Shown: in pieces, positions 28,955-38,350 of the stretch
How the letters are laid out: every line of letters starts with the position of its first letter
How positions within the stretch are numbered: position 1 is the stretch's first letter
UHGV virus genome: UHGV-1451962
From: a virus
Direction: 5' to 3' (one strand)
Length of the DNA stretch: 64,000 nt
Notes under the pieces: generated by a model
What the model was told of the DNA's origin: nothing
What the model saw: the letters and a program-made list of their open reading frames with translations, nothing else
The model's database searches: none
Program-made: the position numbers and the translations under genes

Positions 28955-29467
28955 TTACACCTCCTCAGGATAATGCAAAATAGTATTCACATTATGAAAA
29001 CCCCAATCAAAATATTTATTCATTTCATCCTTAGAAGGAATAGAAGATTTAAAATAAAAATTTTTTATTGCTTCTTCTGGGACTTTAGCGAAACCTTCTC
29101 TTTCAGAATTTCTTCTTAAAGCAACATCTAAAAGAATAGGAAAATAATCAAAAGTAAGATTAATATTATTCTTATCTTTCAGATCAAAAAAATTGTTTAA
29201 AAGTTTAGCTCTTGAAGAAATATCAATATGAGTCGCATCTATATAAATATTTTCTACATTTTCTTTAATCGCGATTTTAATATTTGCAATCATTTCTTTA
29301 TATACCTGTTTTTCTTTACTAAAATAATTTTTTCCAGGATTTTCGTCTACATAATTCTTGCGGATTTCATCTCTTGAGATAATCTTACCATTCTGCTGTT
29401 TTGCCCAAGTAGATTTGCCGGAAGCAGGAATACCACAAAGAATATGCAAATTAATCATAAATACCAA
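28955..29467 (-). CDS. Polynucleotide 5'-kinase-like P-loop kinase (T4 Pnk kinase-domain type)
   Basis: CGIPASGKSTWA...ISRDEIR matches T4 Pnk GCPGSGKSTWA...RDDYR pattern. Confidence 0.6.
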   Translation of the reverse strand: MVFMINLHILCGIPASGKSTWAKQQNGKIISRDEIRKNYVDENPGKNYFSKEKQVYKEMIANIKIAIKENVENIYIDATHIDISSRAKLLNNFFDLKDKNNINLTFDYFPILLDVALRRNSEREGFAKVPEEAIKNFYFKSSIPSKDEMNKYFDWGFHNVNTILHYPEEV

Positions 29468-29744
29468 ACTCCTTTACATAAGAAATACTATTTTGTGCTT
29501 CTTCTTTAAAAAGTCCTTCTTCAAAATCTAGTTTAAAATTATATGCTTCTTCATCATTTCTACATTCTACCATATTAACAGTTTCTTTACAATGGGGACA
29601 ATACATAACTTTCTTATGCCCAACTTCTCTAAAACGTCCTCTTAATCGAGGAATTGACATTGACTTCTTTCCGCAATTCATACAATAAAAATCGTGCATT
29701 TCATATTTTCTAGGGTCTTTAGACATTTTTATCAAACTCCTCAA
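29451..29744 (-). CDS. Zinc-ribbon protein
   Basis: CMNCG...CPHCK double CxxC. Confidence 0.45.
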   Translation of the reverse strand: MRSLIKMSKDPRKYEMHDFYCMNCGKKSMSIPRLRGRFREVGHKKVMYCPHCKETVNMVECRNDEEAYNFKLDFEEGLFKEEAQNSISYVKEFGIYD

Positions 29745-29898
29745 TTTGTTTTTTTACAATTTCAAAATATTCTTTAAGCTCTTTATTTTCTTTACTTTTG
29801 TTTATTCTTTTAATTTCTGTTTTTTTCCAAAATTTATATTTTAATGTTTCTATATAATTTGTAAAAATAATATGTATATTGTTATCTTTTAAATATTT

Positions 29899-30126
29899 TT
29901 ATGTATAAAGAGGTTTTAAAAAAACAACTGAATGTTCCTGTAAATTATAAATTTCTGGATCTAAATTATAAAAAGAAACAAAATCTTTTAATTTTAAAAT
30001 TATATATTTATGTGTTTTTGTAATTTTGCGGTCTGTTCTATAATTATCATATTGACATATAATATAAAATCCTATGAAAGGTAACGCTAATCCTAATATT
30101 AATTTTGCCATAATTATTTCCTCCAT
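29899..30126 (-). CDS. small membrane protein
   Basis: 75 aa with one hydrophobic segment LILGLALPFIGFYIICQY. Confidence 0.35.
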   Translation of the reverse strand: MEEIIMAKLILGLALPFIGFYIICQYDNYRTDRKITKTHKYIILKLKDFVSFYNLDPEIYNLQEHSVVFLKPLYT

Positions 30127-30839
30127 TAAATAGAAAAGATATGTTCATCAAAAGTATTTAAATCAAAAAGAATAATTTGTTTACTCCAATGAGTATCTAA
30201 ATCAAGATTAACCTTTTGATTATTATTATACCAACAAGCTCCACCTTCATATTTAGGAGGATTGCGAAATTCTCCTATATCTTCTATCATTAGAGGAATT
30301 GGGGTATGGCCATGAACAATTAATTCATTTGGATTAATTAAACATCTAAATTTATAATGTAATCTATTCCAAAGAAAATCAAATTCATCACCAGAAATAT
30401 TATTAGGAGAAAAACCTGCATGACTTAAATGAATTTTAATTCCATTTTTATTAGTGTATTGTTCATAAACTGGAAGTTTATTAATTACATTTAAATACTC
30501 AATAGCATTTTTTTCTTTAGACCAATCTAATAAAGTAGATAAACCTCCATTGTTCATATGAAGATAAATATCATCTCCATATAAACATTTTTCATTTTTT
30601 AGAAATTCTCTTCCAGAATTTACTAACATTTGTTCATGGTTTCCTTTAAGAAGGATAAATCTATCATCTTTTAAAATTTCTTTAAGGATTTTCCAACCTT
30701 CTGTCCCTCTGTCAATTACATCACCCAACACAAATACTTTATCTTCTGCTTGAATGAAATTTTTAATCTGCTTAAACAAATTTGAATTGCCATGAAGGTC
30801 AGTAAAACAATAAACTTTACCCTTATTCATAAACATCAA
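30126..30839 (-). CDS. Metallophosphoesterase (PPP/ApaH-like phosphatase)
   Basis: Motifs TDLHGN, GDVIDRG, GNHE, GHTP. Confidence 0.7.
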   Translation of the reverse strand: MMFMNKGKVYCFTDLHGNSNLFKQIKNFIQAEDKVFVLGDVIDRGTEGWKILKEILKDDRFILLKGNHEQMLVNSGREFLKNEKCLYGDDIYLHMNNGGLSTLLDWSKEKNAIEYLNVINKLPVYEQYTNKNGIKIHLSHAGFSPNNISGDEFDFLWNRLHYKFRCLINPNELIVHGHTPIPLMIEDIGEFRNPPKYEGGACWYNNNQKVNLDLDTHWSKQIILFDLNTFDEHIFSI

Positions 30840-30892
30840 TTCCTTTCTTAATTTCTATATATATTATATAATATTTTTTTAAAAAAATAAAT

Positions 30893-30923
30893 TAAGGGCA
30901 AAAGATCTTAATCTTTGCCCTTA
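30893..30923 (-). terminator. Rho-independent terminator hairpin
   Basis: AAGGGCAAAGAT/ATCTTTGCCCTT inverted repeat in AT-rich context. Confidence 0.5.
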
Positions 30924-30929
30924 ATTCTT

Positions 30930-31148
30930 TTAATCTTCAATTTCTTCTATTTCACCATTAATAATTCTTTTACAATATTCTTCTTCACAAATATCATCTA
31001 AATTATGAATTGTATCAAAAGAATAATATAAATTAATATAATCTTCTTTCGTTGCGTAAGGATTTGCAAACATAAAATTGTCAAAATCCTTATCTACCAT
31101 AGCACGAATATATTCCATAAAATCTTTTTTATCAATTACAATTTTCAA
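30930..31148 (-). CDS. hypothetical small acidic protein
   Basis: 72-aa ORF. Confidence 0.4.
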   Translation of the reverse strand: MKIVIDKKDFMEYIRAMVDKDFDNFMFANPYATKEDYINLYYSFDTIHNLDDICEEEYCKRIINGEIEEIED

Positions 31149-31325
31149 AGAATAAAGCCTCCGAGCCGCAAGATTTCAAAAATAAACCAAAATACACAAA
31201 AAAGAAACCAGAAAATACGCATTTTCTTTTCTTGACATCTATTGTGTAAAATTGTTTCGCATAGCAAAACTCCATTAATACACATTAAAATGCCCCAAAT
31301 AATCGTCATTATTAAATGAAACATA

Positions 31326-31775
31326 TTAGGTCATTACCTCCGATACAATTTGATTAACAATTTTCATATCTGCCTTACCCTTAAAAACAGGAGCAAAAAG
31401 TTTCATTGCTCTACCTTTGTTTGCCTTAGTTGCATCAAGTTCATTTTCGGCAAGCATTTTTTCAATTTGAGTTTTAATTGTTTCTTTATCGGTAAGAAGC
31501 TGTGGTGCATACTGCTTTACAACAGCCATATCAAGATTATATTGAATAAATAACTCTTTGCGGTTTTCTGGACAAGTATCAATCATTTCTTGAATCATCT
31601 TTTGATACTTAATTAAAGTATTATTAACAAGCTCTTCGGTAATTTCAATTCTGCCTTTTGGCGTAATTGCTGCTTTTTGTACTTCACCAATCATATTGGA
31701 AAGTACATTCTTCTTTTGAGTATCACCATTCTTCAAAGCCTGCATCATATCATTGTGCATAATTTCTAAAGTCAT
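31326..31775 (-). CDS. GatB/YqeY-domain protein
   Basis: 149 aa with YqeY-like pattern including C-terminal KGKADMKIVNQIV. Confidence 0.55.
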   Translation of the reverse strand: MTLEIMHNDMMQALKNGDTQKKNVLSNMIGEVQKAAITPKGRIEITEELVNNTLIKYQKMIQEMIDTCPENRKELFIQYNLDMAVVKQYAPQLLTDKETIKTQIEKMLAENELDATKANKGRAMKLFAPVFKGKADMKIVNQIVSEVMT

Positions 31776-31777
31776 AT

Positions 31778-33055
31778 TTAAACCTCCTGTGCTTCTTCCA
31801 TATCGGGCTGGGTTTCAGTATCTTTAACTAGACCTTCAAGAACTTTAAATTCCCAGGTTTTTTGTTTTAATGCAGTAAAAGTACGTCTATTAGCGATTCT
31901 AACCACTACACCTTCTTTAACATGAGTTAAACCAATTGGGTCAACAATATCTTCAAAATATTTGTCAATTTTAGCGAGCAAGTCATCAATAGTAGTAAAC
32001 TCAAAATCCTCAATGATAGGAACACGATTAAAACCATATTCATTGCACCAAGTAGTAATTTCCTCTGGAGAATATTCATATTCACCATTATGAGAAGTAA
32101 TTCTATAAATCCACATTGCAGAATGACCAGGAGTACAACCATAAGAAAAAGTAGTATATTTACCAAACTTTTTCATAAATTTCTTGTCATTGATTTTACT
32201 ATTATCTACAATTGGCATAATAGTTTCATTTTCTTTTGCTCCATACCAACCAACTACTTCATAAAAAACCTCCATACCTTCATTAAGATAAGGTTTCAAA
32301 GCTTCATGGTGACTAAATCTAAATTTGTCATTACCATAATAACCTGCTCCATCAGTGGTAACAACAGTTCTACGAGTACCTAAAACATACTGCAACTTTC
32401 TCTTAGGTTTCATGTGAAATAGCTTTCTAAACCAAGACATAGGATATTCTGCCCAAGTATATGCACTACGTTGGCTAGTACCATGCATTTTAAGGGTTAG
32501 ATTAATTTTATCTCCAGGTCTAAAGATTCCAAGATTATAAGCTAATTGGGCAGTATTAATATGCATGGCAAAATCAGGATACTTAATTCCAGCTGCTTTA
32601 CGACCTTTATAAGAAGTTTTAGGAGTAGTGCGAGGAGTAGCCGAAGGTTTAGGAATATATTTATAACAAAATAGCTTATTATTAATTTCAGTGACTTGAT
32701 CGCCATCTTTCCAATTTTGCTCACCAAAATGCTCAACAATAGTAGAATAAGAAATAACAATACCAGAAGATTCATTACCTCTTAGCTTAATTGCTCTAAT
32801 ATGAGCATTATTTTCCAAATAACCACCTTGTGCGGTACCATCTAAATTCTTGCGGAAAAGCTTAAACTCATCACCAAACCAACGCTCAATAGCTCCATCA
32901 GTAGGAAGATAAAGAACTAATTCATCTTCCTTCATATCAGGGCCTACAATAACTCCTTCTCTAAAACAATCTGCTAAATAGAGTCTATCAGAATTAGGGT
33001 CTTTTCTTACATTTTCAATTTTAGTTACTAAACCATAGTACGCCATAAATGTCAA
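31778..33055 (-). CDS. ATP-dependent RNA ligase (Rnl2-like nucleotidyltransferase) with N-terminal extra domain
   Basis: Motif I LKMHGTS (KxHGT as T4 Rnl2 KIHGTN), motif III EVFYEVVG, motif IV EGVVVRI, motif V KQKTWEFK. Confidence 0.65.
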   Translation of the reverse strand: MTFMAYYGLVTKIENVRKDPNSDRLYLADCFREGVIVGPDMKEDELVLYLPTDGAIERWFGDEFKLFRKNLDGTAQGGYLENNAHIRAIKLRGNESSGIVISYSTIVEHFGEQNWKDGDQVTEINNKLFCYKYIPKPSATPRTTPKTSYKGRKAAGIKYPDFAMHINTAQLAYNLGIFRPGDKINLTLKMHGTSQRSAYTWAEYPMSWFRKLFHMKPKRKLQYVLGTRRTVVTTDGAGYYGNDKFRFSHHEALKPYLNEGMEVFYEVVGWYGAKENETIMPIVDNSKINDKKFMKKFGKYTTFSYGCTPGHSAMWIYRITSHNGEYEYSPEEITTWCNEYGFNRVPIIEDFEFTTIDDLLAKIDKYFEDIVDPIGLTHVKEGVVVRIANRRTFTALKQKTWEFKVLEGLVKDTETQPDMEEAQEV

Positions 33056-33065
33056 ACTCCTTTAT

Positions 33066-33377
33066 TTAAATTTCATAACCTTGCACCTCCATAACTGCTA
33101 AAGATTTATAGACCATTTTACCACTTTTACTTTTAGCTTTTGTTACCATACCCATTTCAATCAAATGCCCAAGAATCCTAGCCATTTTTTGAGTGGAAAC
33201 ACCTGTTAATTGAATACTATTCTTTTTAATTTCATCTATTGTCATGGCTTCTGCTGATTGAGCAAGAATAACCGCAGTTTCACCTTGCCAAATTGCAGTC
33301 TGATCTTTACTATATTTGCTTTTTCTATAAGTCATAAAATTCAACTCCTCAATTTTTAATAAACCATTCTTTGCCAA
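33066..33377 (-). CDS. hypothetical protein
   Basis: 103-aa ORF. Confidence 0.4.
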   Translation of the reverse strand: MAKNGLLKIEELNFMTYRKSKYSKDQTAIWQGETAVILAQSAEAMTIDEIKKNSIQLTGVSTQKMARILGHLIEMGMVTKAKSKSGKMVYKSLAVMEVQGYEI

Positions 33378-34179
33378 AGTAAGTAGTATGATGAGTAATA
33401 CATGAAGTTAATTTTTTTTCAATTGCAGAAATGGTAGTTCGGTTCTTTTCTTTAACCATTAAATTATAAATTGCTTCAACAGCAGTTTTTTTATCAAAAA
33501 AATAACCACTACAATTTGTTTTTTTACAGTTAGAGTTTTTAAAATATACTACTCCTTGCGGGACATCTTTTAAAGCTGTTTTCTTTTTAATAATTTTTTT
33601 ATCTTCTTCTTCAATTTCAATAAAATCCATAATTGGAAAAAGAAAATTTCTAGCTGCGTTCCAATTAAAATCTTTTTGAGTTTCCACAGCAATATTATAT
33701 AACATAATAGCATCATCTAAACTATTATGATTCTGTAAATTATCATATTTATTTAAATAAGAATAAAATTTAGTTAGTTTAATATTGTCGATTTTTAATT
33801 TTTTACAAATTTTTCTTGAAAAATCTCTAATAGAACCACTCATATATCCTAAAATAGAACGTGCTTTTAAAGAGTTAGTTCTTTTAAATGTATGTCGAAT
33901 ATATTCTACATCACAACTACCCCAAGTATAAAATTCAGGAAAATTATCCTCCAATTTATTAAAAACCCAATCATATAACTTTTCAAAAACTTCTTCGGAA
34001 TTTGGAGCGTTATTTAATTTTTCTTTTGTTAAACCAGTTAATTCAATAAGAGCGTTAGTAATTTTTCCTTCTTTAGGTTTTACAAGAGAATAAAAAGTTT
34101 TTCCATCTTCTCTTACAACACCTACTGAAATAATTTCCTCAACATATTTTGCAGCTTCAAAGTCAATATAGTATTTCAT
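33349..34179 (-). CDS. DEDDh 3'-5' exonuclease (DnaQ-like)
   Basis: Exo I YIDFEA, Exo III HNSLDDA. Confidence 0.7.
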   Translation of the reverse strand: MKYYIDFEAAKYVEEIISVGVVREDGKTFYSLVKPKEGKITNALIELTGLTKEKLNNAPNSEEVFEKLYDWVFNKLEDNFPEFYTWGSCDVEYIRHTFKRTNSLKARSILGYMSGSIRDFSRKICKKLKIDNIKLTKFYSYLNKYDNLQNHNSLDDAIMLYNIAVETQKDFNWNAARNFLFPIMDFIEIEEEDKKIIKKKTALKDVPQGVVYFKNSNCKKTNCSGYFFDKKTAVEAIYNLMVKEKNRTTISAIEKKLTSCITHHTTYFGKEWFIKN

Positions 34180-34259
34180 AAAACTTCAACCTCTTTCTTA
34201 TTTATTTATTCCTTAACTTTCTATATATATTATATAATATTTTTTTAAAAAAATAAATT

Positions 34260-34289
34260 AAGGACAAAACTTTTAAAAGTTTTGTCCTT
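34260..34289 (-). terminator. Rho-independent terminator hairpin
   Basis: AAGGACAAAACTTTT/AAAAGTTTTGTCCTT inverted repeat. Confidence 0.5.
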
Positions 34290-34310
34290 AAATTTAAAAT
34301 AAATTTCTTT

Positions 34311-34829
34311 TTAACTAGAACATTCATTTACAGAATCTTCGATAGCATTTTTATTACTTATTGCTTCAATACAGTAATCCAATGCCTTTTCAGTAAAAAC
34401 ACCAATTCCAATCATTGCTTTTACTTGTTCTTTACTGAGATAACGCGCAGTCATTTTCTCATTTACTTTCATTTTTTTGCTGCCATTATAGAAACAATGG
34501 TAGCCATAGTCATATCGTGTAGCATAGTCAGAGTTATTATCAAAAATCCTTTCGCCAGGAGTAAAAATAACCTTATAAAAACGATTCATTTCTTCTCCTG
34601 TAAATACTTGACGGCTGATGCTTGAGTTGTATAAAAATGTGATAGTTTCATCAGGATTATTTCGATCGGGCATTTTGCGGGCACCCATAGCTAAAGTGCT
34701 TCCACCAGTATGACAATTACATACAATCAACAATTCTTTATCAGCTTTGATGGCATCTTCTAAATCTTTGCTTTTGTAAAACGCGATACGTCCATTGGGG
34801 AAAATTCGTGCTTCATATTTATTAGTCAT
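34311..34829 (-). CDS. hypothetical protein
   Basis: 172-aa ORF, no confident motif. Confidence 0.4.
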   Translation of the reverse strand: MTNKYEARIFPNGRIAFYKSKDLEDAIKADKELLIVCNCHTGGSTLAMGARKMPDRNNPDETITFLYNSSISRQVFTGEEMNRFYKVIFTPGERIFDNNSDYATRYDYGYHCFYNGSKKMKVNEKMTARYLSKEQVKAMIGIGVFTEKALDYCIEAISNKNAIEDSVNECSS

Positions 34830-34831
34830 TA

Positions 34832-35161
34832 TTATTTCTCCCTTAAAGTAATTGTATAAATTTTTCCATCTACTTTTAGTATTTCATAATCTTTATATAA
34901 TTCATTAACTGAAACAGAATCATTTATAATAACATCATAACGACAAGGAGAAGAATCATCAGATTTTAAATAAAAAGCAGCTAATAAACCAATCGTTACT
35001 CCCCATATAAGAGGTACTAAATTTCCTTCAGGTGTCATATCAAACCAAAGCATTTTAACTAAAAAGAAAAACAATATACCAGTTAAAATACTAAGAATAA
35101 TAATTAAACTTGCATCCAAAGTAAAATCATATTGTTTTAAAACTGTAACGCCATCAATCAT
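34832..35161 (-). CDS. small membrane protein
   Basis: 109 aa with two hydrophobic segments. Confidence 0.4.
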   Translation of the reverse strand: MIDGVTVLKQYDFTLDASLIIILSILTGILFFFLVKMLWFDMTPEGNLVPLIWGVTIGLLAAFYLKSDDSSPCRYDVIINDSVSVNELYKDYEILKVDGKIYTITLREK

Positions 35162-35900
35162 TAATTAAATCCTCTAAATTATAAATATTTTCAAATAACA
35201 TATATCTACCATCATAGTAATCTGTATTTGCGTGAAAATGTCCCCAGAACCAATTATTCCAAGAAAACTTATCTTTTAAATCATTCATCCAAATTTCCAT
35301 AGTATTGTCAATAGTAGATTGATCAATTCCAGGAAGAAATAAAGCAGTAGGACGCCAATCAAAAGGACAAGTATGAGATAGAACTAAATCATAATGATGA
35401 TTAATCACTTTATTGTTAATATCTAACATCTCTTGCTGTGTTAATTGTTCATCAGGAAACCAACCAGTCCAATCATCGGTACGATTCAAAGTAGCCTGCA
35501 TTAATCTATAATGTTTATCAACCGAATAAGCACCACCAAGAACAATAGCAGAATGACCATTAAAGTAGTAAGTATTTCCGTCAATCAAATATTTAAGGTT
35601 AGGAAAATCCGGTTGAGTATAAATCCAACCTTGAATTTCTGCATCCCAAATTTCTTGAATATTAGGTAAATTTTTAGGATGCTCTTCATGGTTTCCCCGC
35701 ACACAATAAATTGAATATCCTAAATCATTTACTCTTTTCTTCCACTTTTGCTCTTTTTTATCTAACCAAAAATTAAATCCTGCATCTCCAAGAATAATAA
35801 GAGAAGAATTTTTAGGAGAGCAAGAATATTGTTCAATCATTTGACAAATACGTTGATAATTTTTACCGTGCGTATCTCCAGTAATAAAGTACTGTTTCAC
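35154..35900 (-). CDS. Metallophosphoesterase
   Basis: Motifs GDTHG, GDAGFN, GNHE, GHFH. Confidence 0.7.
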   Translation of the reverse strand: MKQYFITGDTHGKNYQRICQMIEQYSCSPKNSSLIILGDAGFNFWLDKKEQKWKKRVNDLGYSIYCVRGNHEEHPKNLPNIQEIWDAEIQGWIYTQPDFPNLKYLIDGNTYYFNGHSAIVLGGAYSVDKHYRLMQATLNRTDDWTGWFPDEQLTQQEMLDINNKVINHHYDLVLSHTCPFDWRPTALFLPGIDQSTIDNTMEIWMNDLKDKFSWNNWFWGHFHANTDYYDGRYMLFENIYNLEDLIND

Positions 35901-35912
35901 TAGAATTCCTCC

Positions 35913-36809
35913 TTAAAAAGTAGTAGGTTGAAAATATGAGCATAAATAACTTTCAATGATATTTAATAATACTTCATCCATGTAATTAGAAATTTCTACA
36001 TTAATAGAATAATTTTTTCTTTCATTACTTAATCGCTCATACTGATTCTTTACCCATTCTTGCTGATCTTCAACAAAAATTTTTACAAAACTTAAATCTT
36101 CATATCCATTTTTATAAAAGATTAATCTTTCTCTCCAAAAACTATCATAACACTTTAAACAAATAGAATAAGAATCATTCAAGTAACAACTATAAAATAA
36201 TCTAAGTCTATTTAAATGGCTAAAGCACTTTGGGTCATAACCAAATTTTTCTACAACTTCTTTTCGACTCTCTGTTGGTTTAAACATGCGATTAATCTCA
36301 TTTTGCATCATGCCAAGCATACTATTTAAAGCTCTAAACTCATCATAATGAGCAATTTCATCTCTTTTATAAATTAATTTATTCCAAAAAGATTGATATT
36401 TTGGATTTACATAATAGTAATCAGTGTATAAAATTTCTAAAAAATTAATATTCTGTTTGCGGAATTCATTCATATAAAGCCGCACATCTTTAAAATCAAT
36501 GTGTTCATTATTATCTAAAACATGAGTATAACTCACTGGTTTTTTATTAAAAGCCAAATCTTCAATAGTAGGAATAATAAGACATTTAGTATCAACATCC
36601 GAATTTGCTGTATCAAGACCATAATTAGCGGCACCTTGATAAAAAATACCAAGAATATTTTCTTCAGAAAAAATTTTTAAAGCTTCTTGGTAATGCTCCA
36701 TTACTCTTGTTTGAATTTCAATATAAGAATGATAATTGGTAGATTTTTCCTCTTGCTTTTGAATATAAATAGTTTTAATAATATTATATAAATTTTGATA
36801 ATTATTCAT
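35913..36809 (-). CDS. Pol-beta-superfamily nucleotidyltransferase
   Basis: GAANYGLDTANSDVDTKCLI fits GS-x9-13-DxD nucleotidyltransferase signature. Confidence 0.55.
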   Translation of the reverse strand: MNNYQNLYNIIKTIYIQKQEEKSTNYHSYIEIQTRVMEHYQEALKIFSEENILGIFYQGAANYGLDTANSDVDTKCLIIPTIEDLAFNKKPVSYTHVLDNNEHIDFKDVRLYMNEFRKQNINFLEILYTDYYYVNPKYQSFWNKLIYKRDEIAHYDEFRALNSMLGMMQNEINRMFKPTESRKEVVEKFGYDPKCFSHLNRLRLFYSCYLNDSYSICLKCYDSFWRERLIFYKNGYEDLSFVKIFVEDQQEWVKNQYERLSNERKNYSINVEISNYMDEVLLNIIESYLCSYFQPTTF

Positions 36810-36810
36810 A

Positions 36811-37155
36811 TTAAATCTCCTCCCAATGATTATGCTGAATAATTCTTCTCATATTTTGAACTCCCACAGGATTTTGGGAATGAAGATGAAATTTACAAGA
36901 AAGAGGCCAAGCAAAAGCATTTTGAACTCTCTCTAACCAATTTAAAATTTCAATATAATCGCCACCATCAGAAGCAAAATCTCCAGCATCATAGTCGAGA
37001 GATATTAAATCAAGAAAAATATCATCAGTTAATCCAATTAAAAAACCATTTTGAGCAAAAGAAATCATAGTTTTCGCTTGTTCGACAGATTTAGCCCAAA
37101 TATAACCAGTAGGCGCAGGTCGAATATCATCCACCCATAATTTCATAAACATCAA
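36811..37155 (-). CDS. hypothetical protein
   Basis: 114-aa ORF. Confidence 0.4.
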   Translation of the reverse strand: MMFMKLWVDDIRPAPTGYIWAKSVEQAKTMISFAQNGFLIGLTDDIFLDLISLDYDAGDFASDGGDYIEILNWLERVQNAFAWPLSCKFHLHSQNPVGVQNMRRIIQHNHWEEI

Positions 37156-37207
37156 TTCCTTTCTTAATTTCTATATATTATATAATAATTTTTTAAAAAA
37201 ATAAAAA

Positions 37208-37226
37208 GGGAGTCAAAATGACTCCC
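37208..37226 (-). terminator. Rho-independent terminator hairpin
   Basis: GGGAGTCA/TGACTCCC inverted repeat. Confidence 0.45.
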
Positions 37227-37232
37227 TTAAAA

Positions 37233-38294
37233 TTATTTTATAATATTTTTAAAACGCTCTAACATAACTGCCATTTGCTCTCTAGTTAAATAAGCTTTGG
37301 GTAAAAGATAGCCTTTATCATCACCTTGAAGAATACCTGTACTAACAGCCCATTCAACACTTGCTTTAGCCCAATTAGAAATATCATTTTTATCTTTAAA
37401 TTTATCTAATGTATTCATATTTGTCCTCCCAATATTATAATATTTATCAATATCAATAGAATTTGGTTCAGGTAAAATTACCGCACCAAATCCTGTTTTT
37501 GGATCAATTCCCTTATCGCCTATATCTTTACAATTATCTTTGAAGAATTGAATCATTCCTTCTCTTGTTAGAGGTAATCCTTTTTTATCAATAAAGAAAT
37601 CATCTACCAGACAGCTCATTCCACATAACCAAGGTGTAGAAAAAGAAGTGCCAGAATTGGAATAAGTTGCTGCGTCTGGTTTTGTAGCTTGCGGATTTAA
37701 ATAAATCATACTAGGCGCAGAAAAGTCTACATAATTACTAATACTAGAATAATAAGCAGGATTTACTGTACCATCTACCATTAAAGTATAAGCAGCTACG
37801 CCGATTACTTCTTCAATTTCCATAATTGGATTATATTTTTTAGAAGAATCATTTCCTGCGCTCCAAAAGGGTTTAAAATTAGGATGTTTAATATACCAAT
37901 TTTTTAAATCTTCAAAAAATTTGGTATGTCTACTACAATTTAAAGAGGTAAACATATTGGTAATATTATATTTTTCAATAATTTCTACTGATTCATTAAA
38001 AAATTTAGAGTTATAATTATCTCCACCGCCATAACTGCCATCAATGGAATAAAGCATAAATAAATGAGCTTTTGGAGCTACTTGGAAAAATGTTGCCGCG
38101 GTATTTATTGGATGTTCATTTGACATTTGTTTATCTTTTAAACAATTTCTTACTAAATTATCTGGATTATATCTATTAATATCCCAGGTTTCTCCACTTG
38201 CAGCATTTACTCTTTCTCCAAAATAGCCCGCATTATGGAAACGAGTTACACCTGTAAAGTTTCTATGTCTATTATCATCATTTAATAATATCAT
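37233..38294 (-). CDS. Putative serine peptidase-like cell-wall protein with C-terminal SLH domain
   Basis: SGTSFSTPW resembles subtilase GTSxAxP Ser motif; C-terminal WAVSTGILQGDDKGYLLPKAYLTREQMAVML matches SLH pattern. Confidence 0.45.
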   Translation of the reverse strand: MILLNDDNRHRNFTGVTRFHNAGYFGERVNAASGETWDINRYNPDNLVRNCLKDKQMSNEHPINTAATFFQVAPKAHLFMLYSIDGSYGGGDNYNSKFFNESVEIIEKYNITNMFTSLNCSRHTKFFEDLKNWYIKHPNFKPFWSAGNDSSKKYNPIMEIEEVIGVAAYTLMVDGTVNPAYYSSISNYVDFSAPSMIYLNPQATKPDAATYSNSGTSFSTPWLCGMSCLVDDFFIDKKGLPLTREGMIQFFKDNCKDIGDKGIDPKTGFGAVILPEPNSIDIDKYYNIGRTNMNTLDKFKDKNDISNWAKASVEWAVSTGILQGDDKGYLLPKAYLTREQMAVMLERFKNIIK

Positions 38295-38350
38295 TTTAAT
38301 CCTCCTTATAAAAAAAGAGAGGTAAAATTACCTCTCTCTTAAAATACTAT

